Source: Oikopleura dioica (Eukaryota; Animalia; Chordata). Taken from it: a stretch of 64,000 nucleotides of DNA. Both the position numbers and the translations under genes were made by a program. The DNA is taken from positions 13,454,001-13,518,000 of the forward strand of contig OU015566.1 in the NCBI GenBank assembly GCA_907165135.1, written 5' to 3'. Below are positions 35,930 through 48,400 of the stretch, piece by piece. The stretch's first letter is position 1. Every line of letters starts with the position of its first letter. Below the pieces are notes generated by a model, which saw only the letters and a list, made by a program, of their open reading frames with translations, was not told the origin of the DNA and searched no databases.

Positions 35930-37934
35930 TCACTGATAAGAATTTTCCCGGCAATTGCCAATAAACGGAAACTTGCAACTCTTTTTTTTCTTGAGCTTTT
36001 GTTCTAACTCCTTGATTTTGGCCTCATGCTTCTTTATTTGAGAGGATTTTTCGTTGATGGTTTGATTTAATTTTTTGATATTAGACTCATGTTCCGATAT
36101 TTTAGCGGTTTTTCTAGTAATGATTGCGTCTTTTTCATGAACAGCTCTTTCTTTGCTCTGAAGATCTTGCTCTTTCTTCTTGATAGTGGCAGTCATTTTC
36201 TCGATTTTGTTTGACATAGGCGCGATGCCTTTGATGAAGAAGATGTTCCATCTAACAAAGCCTCCTGGACCTTGAAATTTCGTCTCTACAAACTGCTCTC
36301 CATTGACATCTCTGCTCTTGATATTCTCTTCTCTTGAAGCAACATTTCCTGTTCTCGGGCAAACGTTCTCAGCTGTCGCAGTAAAACTCAAATCAGTCCC
36401 TAAAAACTCAAAATTCAAAAAAAGGAAAAAAACTCGCCTCGTTTTGAAATAAAAAGCTTCCAATTTTGAAAAGTTCCATTTCTGTTTTTGACAAGCGAAG
36501 GAGCTCGAATTCGCCAGTTTTTATAACTCACGTCGAAATTTTTAGTATAGTGAAACTAAATGTTAGAATTGAAAGAGAAATTGATTTAATATCAAAGAAA
36601 TTTACTTTTAGATTAATGAATTTGAGACCATTTTCGAGGGCGTCAATCAGGATTTCTTTTTTGAACCTTCGGTCGAGAGAAAAACATGTGCGCTCATCTT
36701 CATGATCTGCGCCAAAATACTGACCAAGCCCAATAATTTTCAAAAACTGAATATTTTTCGACGGCAGCGAAAATTCACTTTCGTAAATTAAATTCTGCAG
36801 CGCTTCTTCTCCTTTTTGCTCGTCAGAAGCGCGCCTTAACATTCTTTCAAAATCTTCCTTGATTTTTTTATTTGCTTTTCGAACGCATTCTTCGTAACTG
36901 CTTTCGAAGTCGACATCCCACGGAGCAATTTTTGCTTCAAGTTGGCAAATAAAATTTCTGATCGAAGGTTCTTTTGCAAGAAGAAAACAGTTTTCAATTC
37001 GATTTTCTGGCAGCTTTTGAAGACAACGGCTGATAAGAGAATCGCATTTTGGGAAATTTCGAGCTGGCGTCTCATAGCGCGCTTTCATATGATGAAAATT
37101 TTCATAACATGAAAAAGACTAGTTATGGTTGCATAATTTGATTTTACAACATTCCTTCACGTATTTTTTCAAGCAAAACATACTCTTTCCGATCATCGAA
37201 GGGATACTTCAAATAACTGATAATATAAATAATAACTCCAACAGCCCAAACATCAGTTTTTTGACTCACGATTTCTTCTTCTTGGTGTTCTTGAGACTCA
37301 GGCGTCATGAAGTGAGGAGTTCCTCTTTTTACGGTCTTTTTGGTTTCCATAGTTTTTGCTTCGAGAATTTAACATATCTTTAGTTCTTCGATAGATCTTT
37401 TTAGTAAATTCATTCCTGCAATATCGAAATCGCCGATCAAGAGAAGATAATTTTCACGCATGAAAATATTTTTGGGCTTCAGATCTCTGTGAATGATTCC
37501 TTGTTCGTGAACATAAGCCATACCATAAACAAGTTGGGAGACGAGTTTCAGTGCTTCTTTTTGATTCCATGAGTTCGGAGTTCTCGCTTTAGTTTGAATC
37601 AATTCTTCTAATGTTCCTTGACTTCCCCATTGCATCGTGAATCCATGATAACGTAAATTATTGTAATCGAACTGAACTTCTTCGTAAACTCGAACAACAT
37701 TTTCGTGCTTCAATTTCTTCATCAGCGTGAATTCACTGTCCCTCTGTTTTTTGTTAATAACAGCCTTCAAAACCACACAATAATGATCTTTCAGAATAAA
37801 AAATTAAATTATTAACTTTGTGTATTCCCTTTACCGTCACAATCCATTTCCCAAAACAATTTATTCGGATCATCTCTGTTCGAATTCTTGACAACGCAAT
37901 AGAACCGATATTTTCCAACATTTTTTCCCATTCT
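35930..37934 (-). CDS. Atypical Ser/Thr kinase (DFD motif) fused to a MATH-like domain and C-terminal coiled coil; 5' end unresolved
   Basis: VVLK, EFTLMKKLKHENVV, HRDLKPKN, IGDFDIA, GTPHFMTPE, DVWAVG, SRCLQKLPENR, then WKLFISKRGTDLSF and a K/E heptad tail. Needs two GA-AG introns and one GC-AG intron. Confidence 0.72.
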
Positions 37935-39443
37935 CTAAATTTTTCAAAACCAAAAACAAAAAGACCAAAAACTCGAACTCAGATCTGCTCAGCCAAGATT
38001 ATAAAATTCAAGATAGTCCCGTTAATATTTGCACTATTCATTGGCAAATAATTGGTACGCGTTAAAATCAGGAATTCTCCCCGTGAACTGCCCTTTTCGC
38101 ATTTCCGTTCTAGCGTTGAAGATTCGTACTCAACAAAAACAGCAATTGCTTCCGGTGATTCACGTCACTTGCTTATCAAAATTTCATCTGTGGTTTAAAA
38201 CAGAGCATTCAACTTGCCAAAAAAGCAATTTTCAAGAGCTCAATTTTTATAAGTTCATCTCGAAAATCATGAAAAATTCCAAATGAAAATCGAAAAACCG
38301 CCTTTTTGCGCTCAAAAAGCGCCAAGTTCAGGGCTTTCCAGGTTATCCAGCGAAAATAAAAAGAATGATGTTGAAAGAGAAAGAGTCTAAGACCACTTGA
38401 AGGGTTTCTTAAAAGCAAAAGTCTAAAAGTAAACTTAGCCACTTGAAATTTTGAGCTCAAAGACGAGCACGTGTGAAGACACGGGTTCCGGATCTTCTTC
38501 TCAAGAGGCTGCGGAGATTCCTTGGCAAAAAGTCTTCCTTCAAGAAATCCCGCTCAAGGGCCGCTAGAATCAAGTTCAATTTGAGCAGGTTAATTTGAAG
38601 GAGTGCGAACTCGACAAGTGATGATGCTTTATTTTGAAGAAAAATAATCAACCGAAACTTTCAGGTGGCAGGATAAGCATAAACAACGTCAAGTTGGAGC
38701 CTTAAACTCGGGAGGGAGGACTTTTTCTTGGAAGAAAAGAGGCCTTGGAAAGAAAAGATATTTTTGATAATTCGTTATTTTTTTCTGAATTTTGAATGAT
38801 CGATTTTGATTTTTTAATAAAAATTTTTTATTTTATATAAAAAATTACACTTTTTATTGTTAAGATCAAACAGAATCAATAGTTTTAAATAAAATTATAA
38901 ATAATAAGAATAAAAAAAAATCATTCAATTTTTCTTTAAAAATAAAGCTAAGAAATCGAATTGAAATTTGAAATAAAGGACGATTTTCTCCATTTTGATT
39001 CATTTATTTCGCTTGATTTTCAAATTCTTTTACCCATAGTAATTTCAGAACAATTTCAAATTCCAGCGCCATTCTCAGACTTTGCCTCTCGGGCAGATTT
39101 TCTCACTTCTCGGATGATCTCTTCCACCTACTGACTCAACTTCAGGAGCATTTACGGTGCTAAAGCGCTCGAGTTTGAACTTGATTAATTCTTGGCATCA
39201 TAAATTCCTTCTTTCCTTTGTTCTTGAGCAGTTGAGCGTTTCCATCCGCCCGTGCTGGCGGATTTTTCTGGCGTTTGGTGGCGCACCTGGCGTGTCCTGG
39301 GGCCGCTAGCGCTCCAAAACTCAAAACAGAAAACGGCTCATCCGCCTTTCTCAGCTTTTTTCACTTGGCCCCTGTCTTATCCAAAGAGATACCCCCCTTA
39401 ACAAACAAGTCGTATAGACTTGCAGGGACAGAGATATTCCAGT

Positions 39444-42400
39444 ATGCTGAGCAGAATACTGGCGTTCCTGGCGCTTAGCGGCGTCAGGGCCCAGGACATC
39501 GACTTTGCCCACGAAAATGGCATCATTCAGCCGAAGAGTTGGAACCTCGCAAAAGGTAAAAGGACCCCTTATTTTATCAGAGCTGGGGAATTTCACGGGT
39601 ATCAGGGGGTGGATGGAACGGCGGCGCGAATTTGAAACCGCCCGGTCAGTCTTGAGCGGGTAATTGCCCTCTCAAATTTCCGGAATTCAAGTTTTTCGGG
39701 AAATTGAAATTGCGAGATTTTGATTGATGAGTGTTCTTTTCTGAACGGGTTGGAAATTGAAAGGGGTGGGAAATAAAGGCAGGGGGATTCAGAGATTGTT
39801 GCCAAAACAAAACTTGCGGGAACGGAAAAATTCGAATTTTGGCATGAGTTTTCGTCTTTCTTGCATAAGGTGATTAGGAAAAGTTCATGTTCAAGTGCCA
39901 AGAAATGCGGTTTTTTCCGGCTTTTGGGAAAGTTTGAAGTTTTCCTTCGCTAATGACTGTTTTGAAGAGTTATTCTAGCGTTTCAAAGTTGAACCCTACT
40001 AGTTGGTAATTACAACCCTTTTTCTCAAGTTCGAGTTTTTAGTTGAAACATGTTTTTGAAAAGCAACTTTTTCGGAACTTTAAAAACTTGGGTTTATTTT
40101 CGCTACATTCTAGTGACATCAATTTGGCACCTTGAAACATATTTTCAAACTTTTCGAAGCTTGAAAATTCGAAAATCTTCTTCGCAAATTTGAATTTGAA
40201 GGCACCGAATTTTTGAAATTCGCCTAATTGGCAGCCGCACGTGTCGTTGCTTTTTTGCTGGTTGAATAATTACCGCTTGCGAGAATGCAAAAACTGGTAA
40301 TTAACGCGTGGTCAAGGTCGATCTAAAATTTTTTTCGGCGTTGTATTTTTCAAAAAAGCTGGTCGATATGAGCTAAGAAAATCGAATATTCTAGCGCTAG
40401 GGTTTTTTCCTTCGAATTTATCTATCAAAATAGGGTCGAAATTTTCGGTTTGGGACCCAAACTTTGGGTTTTGACCCCATATTTGGAAAATATGGGGAAT
40501 TTGAGCCAATCAGAAGACGGTGCTCTTTGTCCAAGGCAATCAGAAGATATATAACCCCCCCATTTATTGGGCCGGTGAAAAATTTGGGTTTTGGGGGGTT
40601 ATATAGCTTCTGATTGGCTTAGATAAAGAACATTGCCTTCTCATTGGCTCAAAATCCCCATACTTTCAAATTTTTCCCTTTTCCGACTAATATTATCCAA
40701 TCAGCAGGTTGGAAGGAAGCTGACTCAAGAATCATCAGAGTACGATTATTCGTAATCACAATCGTATTCTGGCAAGTTCACCTGGTTGGCCGTAATTATA
40801 ATATTCATAGGTGGTCTTTTCATCGCTACAATAAAAAACTAAACTGCTGAATAGTTAAGTGGAAGAAAAGCTACTTTTAGTAATATCGCCAGGTGTTGCT
40901 TTTTTCATCATAAAAAGCTCTGAGAGAGGCCCTTTGCCCTTCTCAACTGCTCCTGGCCCCGGCTGAGCTCGTAAAATTTTAGCGGCTTTTTGATCTCGCC
41001 AAGTTTACGGCTCCATCGCTTGATTTGAAGCGAGTAATTACTCAAAGCGATTTTGGCAGCGCCGGAAAGACATCAACTTTCCAATTCATCAAGTTTAAAA
41101 ATAAGGGACTCGTACTTGGAATTGGAAAATGAATGATTGAAAAAGTTATCATTAAAGGATTTGGGAGTTATTTTCTTGATTGATTGATGAAAAATTTTTG
41201 ATCTTGGGAATTTTCGTTTTTATTAAATTTTCTTTCCGAGCCAGTGATTTTGGATGGCAAATTTATAAAAATTTTGCGCACTGGCCTCCTGCCAATGTGA
41301 AGGCCTTGGTAAAGACGCCTTTGTTGAAAAACTTTTTTCACAATGGCCATTTACTCGGATTCAAACGCCGGACGGAGCACTTCAGCTTTGCGCAAATTTA
41401 ACGAGCTAGTACCGTTTTTCCCCGGTGAAAAGTGCATTTTGAACTTGAAAATTCAAGAAAAGTAGACTCGATTGTTCTGAGCCCCCCAAATTGGAAAATA
41501 ATGACAGAAAATTGGGCAAAATTCGAAATTAACCTTGATCCGCCATGTTTAATTCCGCCTCTAGAATCTAGACACTCGCGCCCGCTAGAATGATGTCACC
41601 TTGATAGCACCGGCTATTTTGCCGACATAACCGGAACTACCAATTGCCCAAAACATAAACCGGCGACTTCAAAGTTTCAAACGCGCCCATGCTAAAACCC
41701 ATTCCTAAGAGGTATTTATCCACCCAGATAACTAAGTACAACAAGCGAGCTCGATTTCCCAGGGACTTTCTCACTCTCTCTCTCTTTCTATTCAAAAGCG
41801 CCCTGCCCTGGAGCGTGTTTATTCAATTTTTTGTCTAAAAAACGGAATGATAACTCAAGCTTGAGCCCTGGCACTTTTCACAGACGCGTTTTTTCCTCAA
41901 GTTCATCTGAGGAATTTGAGTGTGACGCCCTTATTTTGCCCCTAATTAAAATTTTGCCCCCTAAACTTTCATTTCAGTCGCAACTGTAACTGCCAACGCG
42001 ACTTGCGGAGAAGACAACGCTGATCAATACTGCACTCTTTACTTCAACACCTGCGGAACTTGCATCGCCAACGGCAGAGATGGCCACCCGGTGGAAAACG
42101 TCGTCGACGGAACTGAAAGTTTCTGGATGTCCCCTCCTCTCAGCAGAGGCGAGCAGAACAACAAGGTCACACTCACCTTCGATCTCAAGCAACCCTTTCA
42201 CATTGCCTACGTCGTGATCAAGTACGCAATCTCTCCGAGAGCGAAGACCTGGGTTTTGGAACGATCAGTTGACGGAGAAAACTGGGACGCGTGGCAGTAC
42301 TTTTCTCAGGATCGATCGCAGTGCCGCACTTTGTTCGATAAAGTTCCAACTGCTGATGGAGAGTACGATTCCGACAGCGATGTAATCTGCACCGATGAAT

Positions 42401-45400
42401 ACACCGAAATCAACCCGGGCCAAGGCGGAGAAGTCGTCGTTTCATTGGTGAATGGTCGACCATCTCAGGACTCTTTCTCCACTTCCATCGAGTTGCAAGA
42501 ATTCACCCGAGCCACGAAGATCCGAATCCGTCTTCTCGAGGTCAACACTCACTACGGTCACTTCATGTCTGCCGGCGACAACGATCCAAAAGTCTTCCAG
42601 CGTTATTTCTACGCGATCAAAGACGTCGAAATCGGCGGCCGATGCGTCTGCAATGGCCACGCCGACAACTGCGTAGAAAAAGACGGCGAGTACCACTGCG
42701 AGTGCCAGCACAACACGACCGGACGAAACTGCGATCAGTGCGCGGCGAATCATGTTCAGAAAAAGTGGCGACCTGGAACTCCTGGAAACCCGAACGAGTG
42801 CGAACGATGCAACTGCAACGGACACACTGAGACTTGCTTTTATGATGAAAATGTTGATGCCAACAAGCAGAGTATGGATTTGGCCATGAACTATGAGGGC
42901 GGTGGAGTGTGCCAGAACTGCGGAGATAATACTGAAGGAAATAACTGCGAACGATGCAAGCCTGGATTCTGGAGACCTCATGATGCCCCTCTTAGTGATC
43001 CTTGCCTTCGTAAGTTTTCAGCCAATCAAAATGGAGAATTTTGATAATAAGCGAATCAAAACCACTGATTTTAAAATTAAAAATAAGCCAATAAGATTCG
43101 TCTGCTTTTTCGAAGAGCTTTTTTTGGCTCAAAAATTTGATCTTGACCCCCATTCTTGCGTCGGCAATTCATCAAGCTGCCAATAAAATCGACTGCGCAT
43201 GCATTATGCACCGGGTCTTGCTTGCCATGTCGGAAGTCATTTCCCACGTGAGCTCTATAATTAGCCTCCTCTCGCTCTCACACGTGACCCGCGTCCAGCC
43301 CGCGCTCGTAAATTCTAGCAGGGCGCACGTGTGAGCCGAAAAAATGGCTAAGTTGACCGATTTATAATTATAATTGCGCATAATTGTAAATTTAACCCTC
43401 CTTTTCTAAAAATTACCAGCTGAAAGTAATCCTCTTTTCTTCTAGCCTGCGACTGCGAGGAAGCCCATTCCGAAGGAACCTGCAATCCACACACTGGACA
43501 ATGCAACTGCGCTCCAAACTACGGTGGAAAACAGTGCAACACTTGCGCGCCCAAGATCTTTTACTATCCAAAATGCGACCGTGAATTCCGTAAGTACTCT
43601 TCCTTGATTCCAGAAAATCTCCAAAACGAGCGAACTCGCTCCTTTGCCTTTTCTCGGATCAAGTGTGAATCAAACTGAAATTGCTGATGAATAGCTCTGA
43701 CTGTATAAATAGAACTTCCTGCGGGTTTTGACTACAGTAGCTTCCCAACTGGTACAGTACACGCGTAGTCTTTCGTCAAATTTGGCAACAACTTTCCGTT
43801 TCTCAGCCAAATTTCTTCATAAACAACAATTTTTCTCTTCGCCTTTTTTGAAAAATATATCGACTTTGATATTGATCTAATTACCCACCAATTAACCCAT
43901 CGTAACAATAACCGTAAATGAGAAAGAAAAAGTCGTGACTTTGACATTTGGGGAAATGTCAAATGTCATTGGCTTTTGAACTTCAACCTTGAAAGGGTTT
44001 CAATTTACGCAAAGACGTTTCATTTTCGACATCGTTAAAATAAGGGGCCTCTTCTTGCTTCCGGGAGGAAGTCGTTAAAGAGCATTACCGGGTGGGAAGA
44101 AAGGGTTGGACATTTAATGGACAAGAAATTCTGTATAAAAATTATGTAACCGCATCATGAGAACAGTTTGCGGTATCTTAGGAAAACAAAAAAGAAATAC
44201 CGACTTTGAAATTCATCCTCCGATTGAATTTCCCTAATCCCATCTTTTCTTGTTTCTTTTTCAAAATCTCTTTCAATAGACCTTGAGATTTTGCCCATTT
44301 TATCCCCCGAAATCATTCTCAAACTGATTCTAGAGTGTGATGAATGCTCCGAAGCCCTCCTCGACCGAATCTTCCCCGAGACTGACAAGGTCACCCAGAC
44401 CATGACTCAGCTCAACAACGTCATCACTTCCAAGCTCACTCAGACCAAGTTCGATACTCTCGCTCAGGGCAAGGATGATATCGAGCGATCAATCTCTCTC
44501 ATCAACGAAGGAATGGATCTCTACAACAACCACGATGCCAAAATGAGCTTCTTGCAAAAGGACATTTGCGGAAAAGACGGTGAACTAGCACACTGGGTTT
44601 CTGTCTTTATGGCGACCAAGGCTGCTTTCAATAAAACCATTCAAGGTAATCAAGCTTCCGCGAACCCTTTTTCATCCTTTTCAGACGGCAACAAGCTCCA
44701 GCAAGAGTTCGAGCAACAAGCTATCCGAGCTGAAACAATCTTGAACGATTTCAAAGACGTCCAAAACATGTCTCCAACTGAGTACGAGCGAAGAATGAAG
44801 GACGCCCGACGAGAAGTGCAGGAGCTCCAGCAAATCTACGCTTCGAACGTCTACTTGCCTCTTTTGAACTCTGCCGAGGCCGAGCGAGATGAAGCCGTAG
44901 ATCTGCTCAATGTTGTCAAAGAGCGATTCGGAGGTGGAGAAACAACCGGACGATGCCATTCCAACCACCAGCCAGTAGATTTCTACAGCCAACGACTTCA
45001 CCCAGCAACAAAGGATAACTTCAAGTTTACACCTGGAGATATCAACGCCATCGACATCGATGGAACCTACCGACCAGTTGCTGTTGAAGAGCCAGATTAC
45101 GACACTTACGATTCTGAGGACTACTCCGTTGACGACTTTGAAGATGACTACAGTGATGATGGTTACGATGTTGACGAAGATGCTGTTGTTCCTGATGTCA
45201 TCGATCCTGAAGATTATTCTGATTACACGTAACTTGTTGTTTCTGAAACTTGTACTTATCCTTCTTTCTAGCGAGGATGTCTATGAAGCGCCAAAGAAAA
45301 TCGATCCTCTTGGACTCGAACTCATCGACAGCCCCTCAACTTACGAGAACGCCCGATGCCCAACTGATAAACAGCTCGCTATCATTCCCGATGAGAACTC

Positions 45401-48400
45401 AAGAACCATCGTCGAGGAAATTCTCCGCGGCAGCAATGTCAAAGAGGCAATTATCGGCCTCAAAGCTACTGCTTCTGTTCCTCCAGATTCGTGGAAATGG
45501 GTAAGAATCGGCGTTTCAAAACATTTTTCAAATCAAATTATAGGAATCTCCTCGATGGAGAAGCATTCCCGTCGATATGACAATGTTCGCTGAGCCTTCA
45601 AATGATCCGACGAAGAAGTGCGTCACAATGACCAAACGAGGTTTTGTCGCTGAGAAGTGTACCGATGAGCTTGAGCACTTTGTCTGCCTCGGAAAAGGTA
45701 ATAATTTCATTATTTATGCTCATAAATCCAATCTATCCTAGATATCGATCAGAAATGGCGATTCTTTATCGAAAAGAACACTGATGGCCTCAACTACAAC
45801 GGCGCTCAATTTGCTTGTAACTCTTCTAGCATCCAGGGTTCGCCCAGAATCGGAGCAGTTATTCATATTCCAAAGACTTTCATGTAAGATCTTCTCATTT
45901 TTATGGGCTTCAATAAAAAATTTTTCAGGATCATGAAACGATTCATGGAAGACCAAAAGCCTCCCGTCAACAAGGCATGGATTGGTCTTCGATCTCATGA
46001 TGCCATGGCTGATGTTCGATGGCGATGGGCCAATGGAATGGGCTGGAACTCGGCCCTTCTTGACGCTGTTGACATCAACAAGATGAACAAAGACGTTGTC
46101 AACGACGGTAAAACTTGCCTCGCTGTCAGCCAAAACAATGGAAACGTAAGTCAACACCAGCACCCGTCAAACTCTAATTGATAAATTTAAGATTGAATGG
46201 AAAGCTGTCCGATGCGATGAGCCAAGACCATACCTTTGTGGTCGAAACCCACCACCAAACTCGTATTCTCCAGCTCTTTCCCGAAGCAAGCGAAATCTGC
46301 CCGTTCTTGTCAACTCTCTCCGTCGAGTCACTAGAAACTCCCTCGATGATCTCAACGCTGTCCAGGACCGACCTCAGTACAGCTACACTGAACTCGCTCC
46401 CAACAGTAATTTAATCATGGTTAACGATTATCGACCAGGTGGTGACTACCCTCTCACTTCCAACCTCGTTGATCAACTTGAATGCGTCGAATACATAACA
46501 AACAAAGCTTCGAGCACTCACAAGAAGCTCTCCTCGCTGGAAAACCGAATCCACGACGCGGAAGACATCAACGCTGAAACCGGAGCTCTCGTAAATAAAC
46601 TCGAAGAGGATCTCAAAGAAGTCTATGACGACATCGAGCTTATCCACGATGTCAACAGAAACATCCAAGCGGGTTTTGACGCTAATGATGACACTGAGGA
46701 TCTTGCTGACAGCGCCAGTGCCGCTCTTGACGAGCTCGAAGACTACGATTCGATCGACTTCCGAATCCCAGAGATTATCGAGCGAACTGAAGATCTCAAG
46801 GACCACGACTGGCCAGAAATCGAAAAGCAAGTTGGCGATGCTCGTCTTCGAGCAAAACTTCTCCACGACAAGTATCTCGAGCTTCTCAAGATCTTCAGCA
46901 TTGCCGATGGCGCTTGCACCTACCATGATAACGGAAAGGTCACTTGTGACGATGTTCCCGGTCTCCACAACTTGGCCGCCATTCTCTACAATGCTGCGAA
47001 GATGATCGCCGAGGGTGAAAGGGCACTTGAAAATACCGATGCACAACTCAGCCGATTCGATGGAAACCGTGACATGTACACTGAGCCATGCGATGCCGGA
47101 GAAGCCCCAGATTTCAGCTCCTTCGAACAATTAAACAAGACCTGGCACGGAATTCAGGAAGATATTGCCTTCCTGGACCTTGCTAATCTCAAGGACTACA
47201 CGTACACCGACGAAGATATTGCTCGACTTGATGCTATCGGTGCCAAGATCAAGGCTGTCTATGATGATCTCAAAGACATCTACCGAGGCAAAACTCCTCC
47301 AGATATTGCTGAAGGCGATTATGCCAATCTCTGGGGCTTGGAAGGCGCTGTTCAGTTCATGAAGAATCCTGGCTGCTGGTACAAGGATGAAGTTTGTGAG
47401 TACGACGTTACTGATGATGTTGAGCTCAAACAATGGTTCGACAAATACAAGGAAATCATAGACGACGCTATTGCCAAGGCTGAAGAGACTCTCAACAATG
47501 GTTCGATTGTAAACACGCTGAGCAGTGCGCGTCAAATCTACGATGGATATATCGCGCCAGAACAGAACATTGCCGCGGAAGTAGGCGAGAGCCTTTCAGA
47601 GCTGGATGATCAAATCATGGAAATCCAACACTTGATCGAGTCGACAAAATCTCTCCTCCAGCGAGTTCCACTTGAAAAAACCGCGCAAAAACTTTCCGAG
47701 TCTGAGCGTATCTCGCCAAGCGTCGGTGAACTTGCTGACAGCCGATTCCACTTTGAAATCGAAGCCAATGTACGACTTCAGCGAGGTGAAAACAACATCC
47801 TTTCTTTCGGAAATGATGACTCTTTCGTCACCATCGACACTGAACAAAAACATGCTGTGGCGACTTTTGTCAATGCCAACGCCGAGTTTGAGCTCCGATC
47901 AAGCATGCCAATCAACAACGGATTTTTCTACAATATCAAGTTTGCCAAGATGGGTCGACGAATCGAGCTCATCACTACTTGCGCTCAAGATGATTGCGGA
48001 TCTGCCGATGGTGGTGCTGATGGCGATCGAGAAGATCAACGTCGACGACGTCGTCACAACCGAAGAAAGCGTCTTTCTCGACGAGTTTCTCGCGCTGCTG
48101 ATGCTAGCACTCCCAGTGTCATGTTCCTCGACCCCGAGTACGCTATTTGGGATGACTTCAACAACAACAACAAGCTCATAATCGGTGACTACGGCGATGA
48201 AGCTATCTTCGGCGGTCTCCAGGGAGAACTCAACGGTGTCAGAATCAACGGCCGAATGGTCTACATCTGGGACTTGGACATCGAAACAATGGAACCAGAG
48301 GACAAAAAATTCGACATTGTCTCTGATGCTCTCGTCGAGCCAGCGAAGTGCTGGGCCGATAACAACGGAAAATTCCGAGACCAGGAGGAACTCAACAGCC

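Noticed and set aside
30042-37934. Four co-oriented minus-strand genes as one operon
   Set aside because: Gaps of roughly 200-300 bp and unresolved UTRs give no direct evidence of polycistronic transcription.
38200-39300. Exon-like frames on the minus strand upstream of laminin
   Set aside because: Several coding-like fragments, but I could not assemble one consistent model.
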